From: Candidatus Micrarchaeota archaeon
GTDB taxonomy: Archaea; Micrarchaeota; Micrarchaeia; Anstonellales; Bilamarchaeaceae
Length of the DNA stretch: 64,000 bases
Reading direction: 5' to 3'
NCBI GenBank assembly: GCA_964588555.1
Contig: CAZPPT010000004.1
Span: 6,476 to 70,475, forward strand
Position 1 is the first letter of the stretch; each line of letters begins with the position of its first letter. The position numbers and the translations under genes are program-made. Shown one piece after another: positions 44,502 through 54,602 of this stretch. The notes under the pieces are model-generated. The model was not told the DNA's origin, did not search any database, and saw only the letters and a list, made by a program, of their open reading frames with translations.

Positions 44502-44861
44502 TTGATCGGCTACCTCATTTCACAGGCGTCTTTTTCAGTTATTTTCCTTGCCGCCCTCCTCGCACAGGTTATTGTCGGAAAGGTTGATAAAATCAGCCAT
44601 ATGCTCGGGTTTGGAATTGCCATTATCTCATCATTTTTACTTGGCCTTCCGCCAATTGAGTATGCGCCACTTGCAATTTTTGTTATCGCCGGGGCGCTTG
44701 ACGAGCTTACGCTTCTTGGTTTTTGGAAATTTTTTACTGAATATCGTTTGTTCCTAAAGATTGCGGCACTCGCCTTTGCCGTTATTGGTAGATTTGATTA
44801 CTTTATTGCGATTGTGCTGTTTGACGGCGGTTATTTGGTTGCAGAACTGCTTTCGAGTTAG
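44502..44861 (+). CDS. small membrane protein (start uncertain)
   Basis: The TTG start is from the track. The same frame is open and hydrophobic back to 44358 but has no ATG/GTG/TTG. Confidence 0.45.
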   Translation: MIGYLISQASFSVIFLAALLAQVIVGKVDKISHMLGFGIAIISSFLLGLPPIEYAPLAIFVIAGALDELTLLGFWKFFTEYRLFLKIAALAFAVIGRFDYFIAIVLFDGGYLVAELLSS

Positions 44862-44881
44862 GGCAAATTTTACACCATCTC

Positions 44882-46123
44882 TCATTCATACCGTAGCGCA
44901 TCCACCGGCGAAAGATCCGCCGCACGCCGTGCAGGAATAAACCCTGAAATGAGCCCAACTACTGATGAAAACACAATCCCAAATAAAAGTATCTCTAGTT
45001 TTATTGCAGCAGGTGCGCCGAAGAACTGCGCAAGGAGCGCTATCGCACTTCCGACAAGCACCCCGCCGATCCCGCCAGCCATGCCAAGGAATACGCTTTC
45101 ATATATGAATATTTTGAGTATGTCGTCGCGTGTTGCGCCCACTGCCTTGAGCACGCCGATCTCGCGCGTGCGTTCAATGACGCTCGTAAACATGCTGTTC
45201 GCAATGCCAACACCGCCGACAAGAAGCGAAATGCCCGCAAGGGCGCCTAAAAATACGGTAAGAAGACCAAGGATGGACCCGACGCGCTCTTGGATGACCT
45301 TTGGATTTATGACGCTGAAGTCCTTGTCATCCGTTCGCACCTTGTGCGATGCGGCAATCTCAGTTGTGATGGCGTCGGTAACCTCGTCTATGTCAGAGCC
45401 TTCCTTTAACGTAAGTGCGATCGCCCCGATTTCGTTTTCTGCCAAGGAATCGCTGAATAGGTCCTGTGCATCCTCAAACAGTACATATATGCCCGTGTCC
45501 GTCTGAGACGTAGGGCCAAAACCGCCGCCTGATTTTTTGAGTATCCCGATAACCCTGAATTTTTTGTCATTGATCGTAAGGAAGCTGTTTACTCCTACCT
45601 TGTGGTTGTCAAAGAAATCCTCGGCAACGCTTGCGCCGATTACTGCAACTTTTTGGTCACCAGAAGACAGGAACCGCCCTTCCTCTATTTCAATCGCGGT
45701 CGTCTCTTCAAATACCCCCGGTTCAATGCCGCTCACCTGCGCGCTGATATCCTTGTCCTTAAACCCAATGCTCGCCCTGCCGATGAGGAGGCGTGCTATG
45801 ACGTCTATTTCTGCGATTCGTTCAAGCCGGTCTGCATCTTTTTGGAAGAGTTTGCCTGAGGTTGCAAGCGAACCGGGTCCCCCGCTGAACACTGCCGAAG
45901 ATGAGGCAGAATCCGAAAGCGGCGTAACAAAGACGGTGTTTGAGCCAAGGCTTCCAAGCTGTTCAGACACCTGCTCGTTAAACCCTTCGCCTATTGCAAG
46001 AAGCGATACGACTGCCGCAATGCCGATTACGATCCCAAGGATTGTAAGCCAGGAACGCATCTTGCGTTGATGGAGGCTTTTTGCCGCATACTGTACGGTC
46101 TCGATGAATTTCATTTCGGTCAC
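44882..46123 (-). CDS. ABC transporter permease, MacB/FtsX family
   Basis: N-terminal TM, large periplasm-like loop, C-terminal FtsX-type 3-TM bundle (REIGVLKAVGATRDDIL). Confidence 0.85.
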   Translation of the reverse strand: MTEMKFIETVQYAAKSLHQRKMRSWLTILGIVIGIAAVVSLLAIGEGFNEQVSEQLGSLGSNTVFVTPLSDSASSSAVFSGGPGSLATSGKLFQKDADRLERIAEIDVIARLLIGRASIGFKDKDISAQVSGIEPGVFEETTAIEIEEGRFLSSGDQKVAVIGASVAEDFFDNHKVGVNSFLTINDKKFRVIGILKKSGGGFGPTSQTDTGIYVLFEDAQDLFSDSLAENEIGAIALTLKEGSDIDEVTDAITTEIAASHKVRTDDKDFSVINPKVIQERVGSILGLLTVFLGALAGISLLVGGVGIANSMFTSVIERTREIGVLKAVGATRDDILKIFIYESVFLGMAGGIGGVLVGSAIALLAQFFGAPAAIKLEILLFGIVFSSVVGLISGFIPARRAADLSPVDALRYE

Positions 46124-47586
46124 TGCCTTTGTGCCTGTTTCTTGCTTTTACGGTACCACCAGTACCCGACGAGGGCAATTGCAAGAACTGCGATTATGGG
46201 AATTATTCCAAGGCCCCCCTGACCTTCCCCCTGACGTATGCTGATTGTGTTTGCTATTGTTTTTTCCACCATTGTGCCGGACTGGTCCTTGTATTTTACC
46301 AGCACGGGAATCGCATAGGTACCTGGCTCGACATTTCGTATCTTCACCTTATATTGTACTGTGCTAAAATCATCGCTTTCAAGGCCGCCGATGTATTGTG
46401 CCGGCTGCGCATTCAGTATTTCGAAGACATCTGCGTCCGTAAGGGCAACCTCGACATTTTCAATCTTGTATGAGCCGGTGTTCGACACAAGAACCGAAAG
46501 CGTGTGCTCCGCACCGATCGCAAGCGGCGCCGGTTTTGCTTCAAGGAATATCGCCACGTCCGCATCGGAGCTTACGACAATCGGTATGCTTGTCTTTTCC
46601 TCCTTTTCGACGTCATTTTCAATCCACGTAAGGGTCACATTTATGTTCCGTACTCCTGGCTGGGCCTCGATAAAAACCGGGATCGAAACAACGCGCTCCT
46701 CGTTTGCGCCAAGCACGCCCACCTTGATCTCGTTTGCCTCCTTTGTCTGTACTCGTTCATCCTCAAACGTGATCCGGAAATCCTCAAGCGACTTGCCCGT
46801 ATTCTCCATTCTTAATTCGAGGATGCTGTCCTTTGAGGTAGTAACCGCACTTGCCTGCGTAAACACGACATCCGCGTTTTCCTTTTTTACGGTCACTGCA
46901 ATTTTTTTCTCCTCTGTTATGGTATCGCCATTCTCGTCTTGGTAGCTAATGCTTAGGATGAGCGCTACTACGCCTGATGGTGCATTTGTTGAATCAATCC
47001 CAAGCTCAACAGTCTTGCTTTCGCTTACGTCGCCAACAAACACTTGATCCTGGCCAATAAGTGCAAAATCATCGGTGTTGTTTATTTTTATGGTCATTTT
47101 CCGTGCCCTGCCGCCCTTATTGGTAATTGTCATGTGAAGCGTATCCGTGCCGGTAAATGTTTGTGTATCAAATGAGACTGTGATTATCGCTGCATTCGTC
47201 ACCTTTATTGGCACTGTAAGTACCTGCTTACTTCCATCACGCTGCTGGATTGAAAAAGAAGGAGAAACAATCCCCCCCGATGCATTCTCGGTTATTCTGA
47301 TCGGTATAACTGCGAGTGCTGTTGAACCTCCTTCGATGGTTCCGATTTGGATTGGGCTTTCAACAAGGAATTGAACGCCTTGTGCGGTCGAATGGTAGAT
47401 TGAAACATCCTCAACAGACTTGGTAATGGTCGTGATTCCAGTTGGCTGCACATTCTTAAGTGTGATTATGATCGAGCCTGTCTGCCCTGGAATCATTTTT
47501 TCCGGCGAAACCTCGTAGGATTCGACAGATAACGGGGCATAGAAGAGCCCAATAAGTACCAGAAATGCTACTAGTATCTTTTTCAT
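46120..47586 (-). CDS. secreted beta-rich repeat protein (COG1361/CARDB-like) with C-terminal TM anchor
   Basis: Signal peptide, repeated ~100-aa beta-type segments, C-terminal IIPIIAVLAIALVGYWWY followed by a basic tail. Sits inside the ABC operon. Confidence 0.65.
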   Translation of the reverse strand: MKKILVAFLVLIGLFYAPLSVESYEVSPEKMIPGQTGSIIITLKNVQPTGITTITKSVEDVSIYHSTAQGVQFLVESPIQIGTIEGGSTALAVIPIRITENASGGIVSPSFSIQQRDGSKQVLTVPIKVTNAAIITVSFDTQTFTGTDTLHMTITNKGGRARKMTIKINNTDDFALIGQDQVFVGDVSESKTVELGIDSTNAPSGVVALILSISYQDENGDTITEEKKIAVTVKKENADVVFTQASAVTTSKDSILELRMENTGKSLEDFRITFEDERVQTKEANEIKVGVLGANEERVVSIPVFIEAQPGVRNINVTLTWIENDVEKEEKTSIPIVVSSDADVAIFLEAKPAPLAIGAEHTLSVLVSNTGSYKIENVEVALTDADVFEILNAQPAQYIGGLESDDFSTVQYKVKIRNVEPGTYAIPVLVKYKDQSGTMVEKTIANTISIRQGEGQGGLGIIPIIAVLAIALVGYWWYRKSKKQAQRQ

Positions 47587-48263
47587 GTTTCCACCTCAAT
47601 AATTTTTCCATCCTTAATATGAATCGTCCTGTCGGTCATCTGTGCAATGTCCGTGTCATGCGTGATGATGATGACTGTTTTTCCCTGCGCGTGGAGCTCC
47701 TCGAATATCTCAAGCACCGCCTCACCTGTTTTTGAGTCCAGGTTGCCCGTAGGCTCGTCTGCGAGGAGTATGTCGGGGTTGTTTACGAGGGAACGCGCGA
47801 TCGCGACCCGCTGGCGCTGCCCGCCGCTTAGCTGGTTTGGGTAGTGCATGGTACGTTCTTTCATGCCGATCCGTTCCAATATGTCATATGCGCTACGTTC
47901 CGCCCGTTCCTTATCCGTTTCATAGAGGAGCGCAGGAAGCGCCACATTTTCCAGTACGGTAAGGGTGGGTATAAGGTTGAATGTCTGGAATATAAACCCA
48001 ATCTTTTTTCCGCGCACGTACGCGCGCTTTTTTTCATCAAGCTTGTTCGTTTCTATTCCGCCAATAAACACCTTGCCCCGGGTCGGTTCGTCGAGAAGCC
48101 CCAGGATGTGGAGCATGGTCGACTTGCCGCTGCCGCTTGGGCCAAGTATGCTTGCAAATGCGTTGTCCCCTATTTCCATGTTCACGTCATTAAGTGCGTA
48201 CAGCTCCTCACCAGTCGTATGGTATATCTTTGAGACGTGCTCAAGCTTAATAATCGGTTTCAT
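47583..48263 (-). CDS. ABC transporter ATP-binding protein (MacB/LolD type)
   Basis: GPSGSGKST, LSGGQRQRVAIARSL, LLADEPTGNLD. Confidence 0.9.
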   Translation of the reverse strand: MKPIIKLEHVSKIYHTTGEELYALNDVNMEIGDNAFASILGPSGSGKSTMLHILGLLDEPTRGKVFIGGIETNKLDEKKRAYVRGKKIGFIFQTFNLIPTLTVLENVALPALLYETDKERAERSAYDILERIGMKERTMHYPNQLSGGQRQRVAIARSLVNNPDILLADEPTGNLDSKTGEAVLEIFEELHAQGKTVIIITHDTDIAQMTDRTIHIKDGKIIEVET

Positions 48264-48586
48264 GAGATCATCTCTTTTAGGAATTCACGTACGACTCCAC
48301 GGAACATCTTTTTCCCTTCACCAAGCCTTTTTTTCCCCTTTGCGGTCAGTGCATACACCTTGCGTATGCGTTTCCCCTGTTTTTTCTCCTTTTGGGTGAT
48401 GAGGCGCTCCTGATGCAGCGAATTGAGGATCGGGTAGCACCTGCTTGGGCTTACGCCACGCATTCCTTCTTTTTGTAGCAGTTTCATCAACTCATAGCCG
48501 TGCAATTCCTTTTTATCGATGAGCCAAAGCATAAATAGGTTCATTTTTTGTACTATGTGGGTAGGTACACAATGACTCATTTTCAT
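48260..48586 (-). CDS. PadR-family transcription regulator
   Basis: LHGYELMKLLQKEGMRGVSPSRCYPILNSLHQERLI matches the PadR wHTH pattern. First gene of the ABC operon. Confidence 0.8.
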   Translation of the reverse strand: MKMSHCVPTHIVQKMNLFMLWLIDKKELHGYELMKLLQKEGMRGVSPSRCYPILNSLHQERLITQKEKKQGKRIRKVYALTAKGKKRLGEGKKMFRGVVREFLKEMIS

Positions 48587-48738
48587 GATATATCTATTTT
48601 TGTATATATTTAAAAATAGATTCCTTATTTGGCTTTTTGCCGCCCCAATCTAAATTTAGGCTTACCTATGCATTTAACCTTAAACGGAGCTTATGGCTAC
48701 CAGAAAGCTTTTTATTGCTGTTAAGTTTAGTTTTGCAT

Positions 48739-49656
48739 ATGGGAGATGTTGATAAATACCTTAGGCGAATCTTAGCAACATATCCTTCAGTTAAATGGAG
48801 GAATGCGGAATTAATAACTGATAACGGATTAGATTACGCGGTTGTGATTTTGGATAGAAAAAAAGTTTTTAGGTTTCCAAGAAAAGAAGGGTCTCCGTCA
48901 ACAAGTCTCTCTACCGAAATGAAGTTATTAGATAAACTCAAACCCCTCGTCAATATAGAAGTTCCAAATTACATATACAAAAACTACTCTTTTGGTGGAT
49001 ATAATTTAATTCATGGAGAAGAATTGGATACGGCAAACCTGCCAAAAGAATTAAAAAGTAAAAGAACCAGCAGTAAAGTTGCAAAATTTCTCACTGCATT
49101 ACATAATTTCGATATTAACAAAGCAAAACGAATGGGCGTAAAAAGTTCGGAAGATTATGGCGATATAGCAAAAGATTACAGAAAAAAACTAAATTTTATA
49201 TCTAAGAAACTATCAAAAAAAGAGATAGGATTCATTAAAACTGCACTGAATGAATTAGAAAGCTTTGAATATAATGAAAGATGTTTGATTCATGGCGATC
49301 TTTGCGGAGGGCATATTTTAATAAGAAAAAACAAGATTAGCGGAGTTATAGATTTTGGGGATGCGGAAATCGGAGATCCCAGTATGGATTTTGCTATTTT
49401 TTGGGATTTTGGGAAAGATTTCATGAAGAATTTATACAATCGATACAAGGGTCCAAAAGATGAAGGGTTATTAAGAAGGGCGGAGTTGAATAATCTCCGA
49501 TTACATATCTCCAATATTTATTGGGGGATTAAAATAAAGAAGGAAAACTGGTTTTATCCATCTTTAAAAATATTGAAAAAAATAATTAAAAGAGGATTTC
49601 ACACCCACATGGTCGGATATGTCAAGTCTTCTTATAAACTGCAAAGAATGTGGTAG
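48739..49656 (+). CDS. aminoglycoside-phosphotransferase-family kinase
   Basis: Start at MGDVDKYL. Brenner/catalytic motif LIHGDLCGGHILI and VIDFGDAEIGDPSMDFA. Confidence 0.8.
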   Translation: MGDVDKYLRRILATYPSVKWRNAELITDNGLDYAVVILDRKKVFRFPRKEGSPSTSLSTEMKLLDKLKPLVNIEVPNYIYKNYSFGGYNLIHGEELDTANLPKELKSKRTSSKVAKFLTALHNFDINKAKRMGVKSSEDYGDIAKDYRKKLNFISKKLSKKEIGFIKTALNELESFEYNERCLIHGDLCGGHILIRKNKISGVIDFGDAEIGDPSMDFAIFWDFGKDFMKNLYNRYKGPKDEGLLRRAELNNLRLHISNIYWGIKIKKENWFYPSLKILKKIIKRGFHTHMVGYVKSSYKLQRMW

Positions 49657-49671
49657 GGTCCTCTCAGTAGC

Positions 49672-50358
49672 TTACCCTAGCGTCTTTTCGAGAGCACGTA
49701 CTGCAAGCAGTCGCGTCGTGTCAATAAATGGAAGTGGCGAGTTTTTCTCATCAATGATGATCGGAATTTCCGTGCATCCAAGAATTATTGCATTACACCC
49801 TCGTGCCTTAAGCGCATTAATAATCGTAATTATTTCGTTCGTCCCGTTTTTGGTAATTTTATCTTGGATAATTTCTTCAAAAATAACTCGATTAACGATT
49901 TCTCGCTCACCTGCTCGAGGAACAACGTATTTTATTCTGCGAGATTCAAGTGCAATTTTGTATAACCCATGCTCCATTGTAAGCCTTGTTCCAAGTACGC
50001 CGACTGTTTTGTATCCTCTTTTCTTGCACTCATCAGCAGTAATCTCGACAATACTTAGAACCGGAATCGGAGATCTCCTTTTAACTTCATCAAAACAGTA
50101 ATGCATCGTATTTGCTGGTATGATTGCAAACTCTGCACCGCTTTTTGCAAGCGTTTCAACGGAATCCACAAGTATGTCCGCAATGGTTTTCCAGTCCCCT
50201 TTGTTCTGTGCTTCAAAAATATGGTGAAACGAGGGGTTATTGAGCGTGATTTCCGGATGCACGTTTTGGCCAAGAATTCTCGATGCTTCTGATACGATCG
50301 TCCGGTAACAAAGCGATGCCCCTTCTGCGGTCACTGCGGCGACGCCGATGTGTTTCAC
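49672..50358 (-). CDS. Asp/Glu-racemase-family protein (first catalytic Cys replaced)
   Basis: Family layout with IIPANTMH where racemases have xCNTxH. The second motif ILGCTEIP is intact. Confidence 0.7.
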   Translation of the reverse strand: MKHIGVAAVTAEGASLCYRTIVSEASRILGQNVHPEITLNNPSFHHIFEAQNKGDWKTIADILVDSVETLAKSGAEFAIIPANTMHYCFDEVKRRSPIPVLSIVEITADECKKRGYKTVGVLGTRLTMEHGLYKIALESRRIKYVVPRAGEREIVNRVIFEEIIQDKITKNGTNEIITIINALKARGCNAIILGCTEIPIIIDEKNSPLPFIDTTRLLAVRALEKTLG

Positions 50359-51246
50359 TTAGACTCCCCGTTCAGCAAGTTTTGTCCCAAGCGTGCCGAT
50401 TTCAAGCCCTACCATCGGTTCTCCTAGTCCAACGCTTGCCAAAGCAATCTTTTTTGCATCAGTGAAGTGTGCAACTGCATCCACTATTGCCCGTGCGCGT
50501 TTCTCCGGGTCAGCGCTCTTGAATATGCCAGAACCGACAAACACGCCGTCAACCCCCAGTTGCATGCAAAGTGCCGCATCTGCAGGTGTTGCAATGCCGC
50601 CTGCTGCAAAATTGACAACAGGTAAACGAGCGAGTTCGGCGGTTTTTTTAATTAAATCGATCGGGACTCGATATTCAACAGCGAGCGATTCGAGTTTTTT
50701 TACCTCTTTTTTATCAAGCGCCATCTTTATCTCTTCAATTCCCCTATTAATGGCTCGAATATGTCTGACCGCCTCAACAATGTTCCCAGTGCCCGCCTCA
50801 CCCTTACTTCGGATCATTGCCGCGCCCTCGTTAATCCTCCGTAATGCCTCACCAATGTTTCGCGCACCGCATACAAAGGGGACGGTAAATTTACTTTTAT
50901 CGACATGAAACTCATCATCAGCAGGGGTAAGTACCTCGCTCTCATCAATAAAATCAACCTCGAGCGCCTCAAGCACCTGCGCCTCAACAAAATGGCCGAT
51001 CCTGCATTTTGCCATCACAGGGATGGTGACTGCTTCCTGTATTTCTTTAATCTTAACGGGGTCAGCCATGCGTGCAACACCGCCCGCTGCGCGAATGTCT
51101 GCCGGTACGCGCTCAAGTGCCATGACTGCAACTGCACCTGCCTTTTCTGCTATGCGCGCTTGCTCCTTGTTTGTGACGTCCATAATGACGCCGCCTTTGA
51201 GCATCTGAGCCAAACCCGTTTTAACAGTACGTGTTCCTTTTTCCAT
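50359..51246 (-). CDS. pdxS: pyridoxal 5'-phosphate synthase subunit PdxS
   Basis: [38 protein letters not shown] is a near-invariant PdxS block. 295 aa. Confidence 0.9.
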   Translation of the reverse strand: MEKGTRTVKTGLAQMLKGGVIMDVTNKEQARIAEKAGAVAVMALERVPADIRAAGGVARMADPVKIKEIQEAVTIPVMAKCRIGHFVEAQVLEALEVDFIDESEVLTPADDEFHVDKSKFTVPFVCGARNIGEALRRINEGAAMIRSKGEAGTGNIVEAVRHIRAINRGIEEIKMALDKKEVKKLESLAVEYRVPIDLIKKTAELARLPVVNFAAGGIATPADAALCMQLGVDGVFVGSGIFKSADPEKRARAIVDAVAHFTDAKKIALASVGLGEPMVGLEIGTLGTKLAERGV

Positions 51247-51342
51247 AAAAATCGACCTGTAAAACTAATGGGGGGATGGGTTTTTAGGAATTGGCTTTAA
51301 TCGTTTCTTTTCATTGCTACTTTCTTGCAATGTGATAAAATG

Positions 51343-52383
51343 CTAAAACCAGTCATCTAGTTTGCTCTGTCCGCCCTTTTCCCGGTAATATGTCACCATG
51401 CGGCCCACGGTGCTTGCCACCCGTTCGGCACTAAAATCGTGTTCGTGTACAAGGATCCGCTCGATCTTTTCAGACGAGACCCGCCCCCATGAAAAGTTTT
51501 CAGTGACTTCGGCATACGGCGGGTTCGTAAAGAATTCGAGCACCTCGCCTATGTTTTCTTCAAACTCGTAATTATATTTTGTTTTCACGTACTCCTGCAC
51601 CCCCGCAAGCGTCTTATGTTCCTTTACGACCTTAAGCGCGGTCTTTGGTCCGACCTTGGGAACCCCGATGTTAAAGTCCGTGCCAATAAGTATGCCCATT
51701 ATGATAAGCTGTTCCTGGCTTACGCCCAATGCGGTTCGTGTTTCCTCGGCAACGATTTCCTCAGGTTCAATGAGCACAAACTTATCCTGCCGTGCGACGC
51801 GCCTTCTTCCGGTAATTGAGATGTTGCGCACAAGGCGCGGCGAACCAAACAATATGGAATCGTAATCCTGCGACGCTGCGGCATATGCGACGCCCCGGCG
51901 CACCATGACGCTTGCCTGCGCCTCACCTTCGCTTGGTGCCTGGACATAGGGAATATCCATCGCAACAAGAAGTTCCTTGCATTCCTCTATCATTTCCCCG
52001 GTGAGCCGGGAGGTGGCCTGTGCGTGCCTTCGCGCATCCTCAAAGCGCTCCTCCTCGAGCGCCTTGCGCCATTTTTCCTCAGCCTCGAACTTTGTCCGTG
52101 CCCGCGCTTCGCGCGTTCTTTTTTTGAACGCAGGTGCAACCCCGTCGAAAACAAACACCGGCCTGATGCCGTTTTCAATAAGGCGCGCAGTACGGTAAAA
52201 TAAGCCTGATAAATGCGCAGTAATCCTGCCCTTAAAATCCATAAGGGGCGTTCCGTCCTCCTGGCGGATGCTTGCAAGAAACTGGTATATGGTATTGAAT
52301 GCGTCGATTGCAATGACCTTTCCAGAAAGCGTGTCAAGTGAAATGGTGCGCTTCACTGCCAGGTCGCCAAGGTCAACGCCCAT
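51343..52383 (-). CDS. fen: flap endonuclease 1
   Basis: Start at MGVDLGDL, 2 nt after the upstream stop. AIDAFNTIYQFL, VFVFDG and SQDYDSILFG blocks. Confidence 0.9.
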   Translation of the reverse strand: MGVDLGDLAVKRTISLDTLSGKVIAIDAFNTIYQFLASIRQEDGTPLMDFKGRITAHLSGLFYRTARLIENGIRPVFVFDGVAPAFKKRTREARARTKFEAEEKWRKALEEERFEDARRHAQATSRLTGEMIEECKELLVAMDIPYVQAPSEGEAQASVMVRRGVAYAAASQDYDSILFGSPRLVRNISITGRRRVARQDKFVLIEPEEIVAEETRTALGVSQEQLIIMGILIGTDFNIGVPKVGPKTALKVVKEHKTLAGVQEYVKTKYNYEFEENIGEVLEFFTNPPYAEVTENFSWGRVSSEKIERILVHEHDFSAERVASTVGRMVTYYREKGGQSKLDDWF

Positions 52384-52387
52384 GTGC

Positions 52388-52849
52388 TCACTTTTTCTTC
52401 TGTACGATAAAATCAGAAAGGGTGATGTCGCGCTTGCTCCCAATTTTTTCCTGCGGTGTCGGCCCGCCGATGTCCGCGACTTTTTCAATCAGTTTTATCC
52501 CGAGCTCCTTTTCAAGCTTCTTTGCGCTTGCAAGCGTTAATTTCATTTGCCCGCGTTCGACGCCTTCAAGGTAGCTTGCACGTTCGCTCACCCGTTCAGC
52601 GACCACTGTAACAGGGAGGCCCAATTTTTCCCGCGCGCTTCGTATTTTTTTTGCATAATCCTCGACAATCTCTTCTTCTTGGAGCGGCGTGCTTATTGTT
52701 TGCCGTGCGATTGGTTGGGGCGTGTCATTTTGTAATTGGTACAATATCTTGCCGTGCCCTGCACAGTTTCTGCACGTGGTCATCTTTGCCCCTTCTATCG
52801 ATACGACATAGCCTGCATTTTCCCTGCCGCAAATATCACATGAAGCCAT
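52388..52849 (-). CDS. archaeal MBF1-type HTH protein (Zn-ribbon plus XRE HTH)
   Basis: CDICG...CRNC zinc ribbon, then an IRSAREKLGLPVTVVAERVSERASYLEGVERG HTH. Confidence 0.8.
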   Translation of the reverse strand: MASCDICGRENAGYVVSIEGAKMTTCRNCAGHGKILYQLQNDTPQPIARQTISTPLQEEEIVEDYAKKIRSAREKLGLPVTVVAERVSERASYLEGVERGQMKLTLASAKKLEKELGIKLIEKVADIGGPTPQEKIGSKRDITLSDFIVQKKK

Positions 52850-52886
52850 AATACTACTTTGAAGATACGTATTTTTGACGCTTTCG

Positions 52887-54050
52887 TTACTGTAGAAGCG
52901 CGATTATTCGGTCAGTTGCATTTTCGATTACCTGGAGCTGCGTAAGGTGCCGTGTTTTATTTAACAGGTCTGTTATTGCCTGCCTGAGGTCATCCTCGCT
53001 TGCTGCGCGCGCCATGACGTTTGCCTGCGAAAACTCGTCAAAGAATCGGTATTTCGGATCCATGCCCGGAAGGTACATGCAAACCTGCCTTCCTGCAATG
53101 CGCGCCGTAATAAGGGGCGTGTTCCATGTTCCGACTACAAGATCCGCTGCAAAGAGCAGTTCCTCAAGCGAATACGCATTTGCCGCATCAGTTCTATCCA
53201 TTCCCGGATTATGAATGACTTTGCTGATGTCCGGCGTTTCGATTGCGAACGCCTCAGCTGCATCTTGGTGGCGAACCGGGTGGGGGCGAACAACAACATT
53301 GAATTTAGCTTTCCCCTGTTTCGCCAGTTCATTCACGACACTCAAAAATGACTGGAGCACGCTTTTCTCGGTAAACCCAAGGTCTGGAAATGGAGCCATT
53401 GAGTCGCTTATAAATACGATAAGTTTGCCCTTTGGGAAAAATGATTCAAATACCGGCTTTTTAAGGAGCGTTTCCCTTGTCTTTTTACCCATTGCATCAA
53501 ATTGCGCCCTTACCTCTGCAAAATAGGGGCTTCCGGTAACTTCAATCTGTGCAAGCCTTCCGATGCCGCCGCGTACGAGTTCGCCTTTTGCAATGTCGTC
53601 CATCACTGCGATGACCTGCGGCACGCGGTAATTTGGCCCGCCTTTTCCCTGTCGTATCTTTGGCCCCACATTTGCCCGCACCTCAAGGTCGACAAACCGC
53701 TCAATATAATTCCCCCAGGAGTCGAGCACTGCGATCGTGGGTATGTTTTGGTTTTTTCCAGCAGCCCAGAACCTCTGTTCAAGCGTCATCCGACCCGTTT
53801 GTTCCTGTAACGGGTTGGCGCTCGTCAATATAGATGTTGGCATAAAGCGTCTAATCGTTGAGCGTAGGTCTTCATGGAGCGGCAGCCTTTGAAATTCCTT
53901 ATCCGGTTCAATGCCCGAAGCGCGGAACCCGGCGCTTCCTGCCTTGTAAGATACCGCCTGTACTTGAACGCCTTTACTGCGTAATTGTTTGATTACCGGT
54001 GCAAGTGCCTGGGCGCCACCGCCCAATGACGCTACGGCGAGGATCTTCAT
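52887..54050 (-). CDS. GT-B-fold-like protein (glycosyltransferase/epimerase-like)
   Basis: Start at MKILAVASLGGG. Two Rossmann-like halves. The assignment is tentative. Confidence 0.4.
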   Translation of the reverse strand: MKILAVASLGGGAQALAPVIKQLRSKGVQVQAVSYKAGSAGFRASGIEPDKEFQRLPLHEDLRSTIRRFMPTSILTSANPLQEQTGRMTLEQRFWAAGKNQNIPTIAVLDSWGNYIERFVDLEVRANVGPKIRQGKGGPNYRVPQVIAVMDDIAKGELVRGGIGRLAQIEVTGSPYFAEVRAQFDAMGKKTRETLLKKPVFESFFPKGKLIVFISDSMAPFPDLGFTEKSVLQSFLSVVNELAKQGKAKFNVVVRPHPVRHQDAAEAFAIETPDISKVIHNPGMDRTDAANAYSLEELLFAADLVVGTWNTPLITARIAGRQVCMYLPGMDPKYRFFDEFSQANVMARAASEDDLRQAITDLLNKTRHLTQLQVIENATDRIIALLQ

Positions 54051-54233
54051 GCATATAGTATGTCTCATTCATTTTATAAGGTGTTAGATAATGGTTATTG
54101 TAATCGCATGATGCAGTCCTTTGTACAAACCAACAAAATACTGCCAATTGTGTGACGCCTCTTTAAAAATATTCTCCTGTTACAATATATCCAGAAGCAA
54201 GTAAATAACGTGGGGTGAATGAAATGACAAAAG

Positions 54234-54521
54234 GTGGATTACTTTTGGACAAGCGCGGGTGGTATGAAATCCGGTAATGGATCAGTCGTAGTGGGTAAGT
54301 CCAAAGAACTAGAAGTAGCTAATTCTCAGGTTGATAAGAAATTTAAGCCGGCTTCCTATGGCCGTGTTGGGCGTCCAAATTCTCTAAGCGAGGAAAAGCT
54401 TGTTGAACTGCTTGAGGTGTATTATTCAAAACCGTACAGCCTTCGCCAGCTTGCAGACATGTTTGGCGTGTCACGGATGACGGTATGGCGGGCAGTGCAG
54501 ATGGCAGCGCTTTTGATGTGA
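54234..54521 (+). CDS. small HTH protein
   Basis: YSLRQLADMFGVSRMTVWRAV is a resolvase/sigma-70 region 4-like HTH. The start is uncertain. Confidence 0.45.
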   Translation: MDYFWTSAGGMKSGNGSVVVGKSKELEVANSQVDKKFKPASYGRVGRPNSLSEEKLVELLEVYYSKPYSLRQLADMFGVSRMTVWRAVQMAALLM

Positions 54522-54602
54522 TGCTAGGGATATTGGGGCCGCCCTGTACGCCGTTAAAAGAAGTGGCTTCGGTATACTACTTCGGCGCCTGCTGAAAAAC
54601 GA

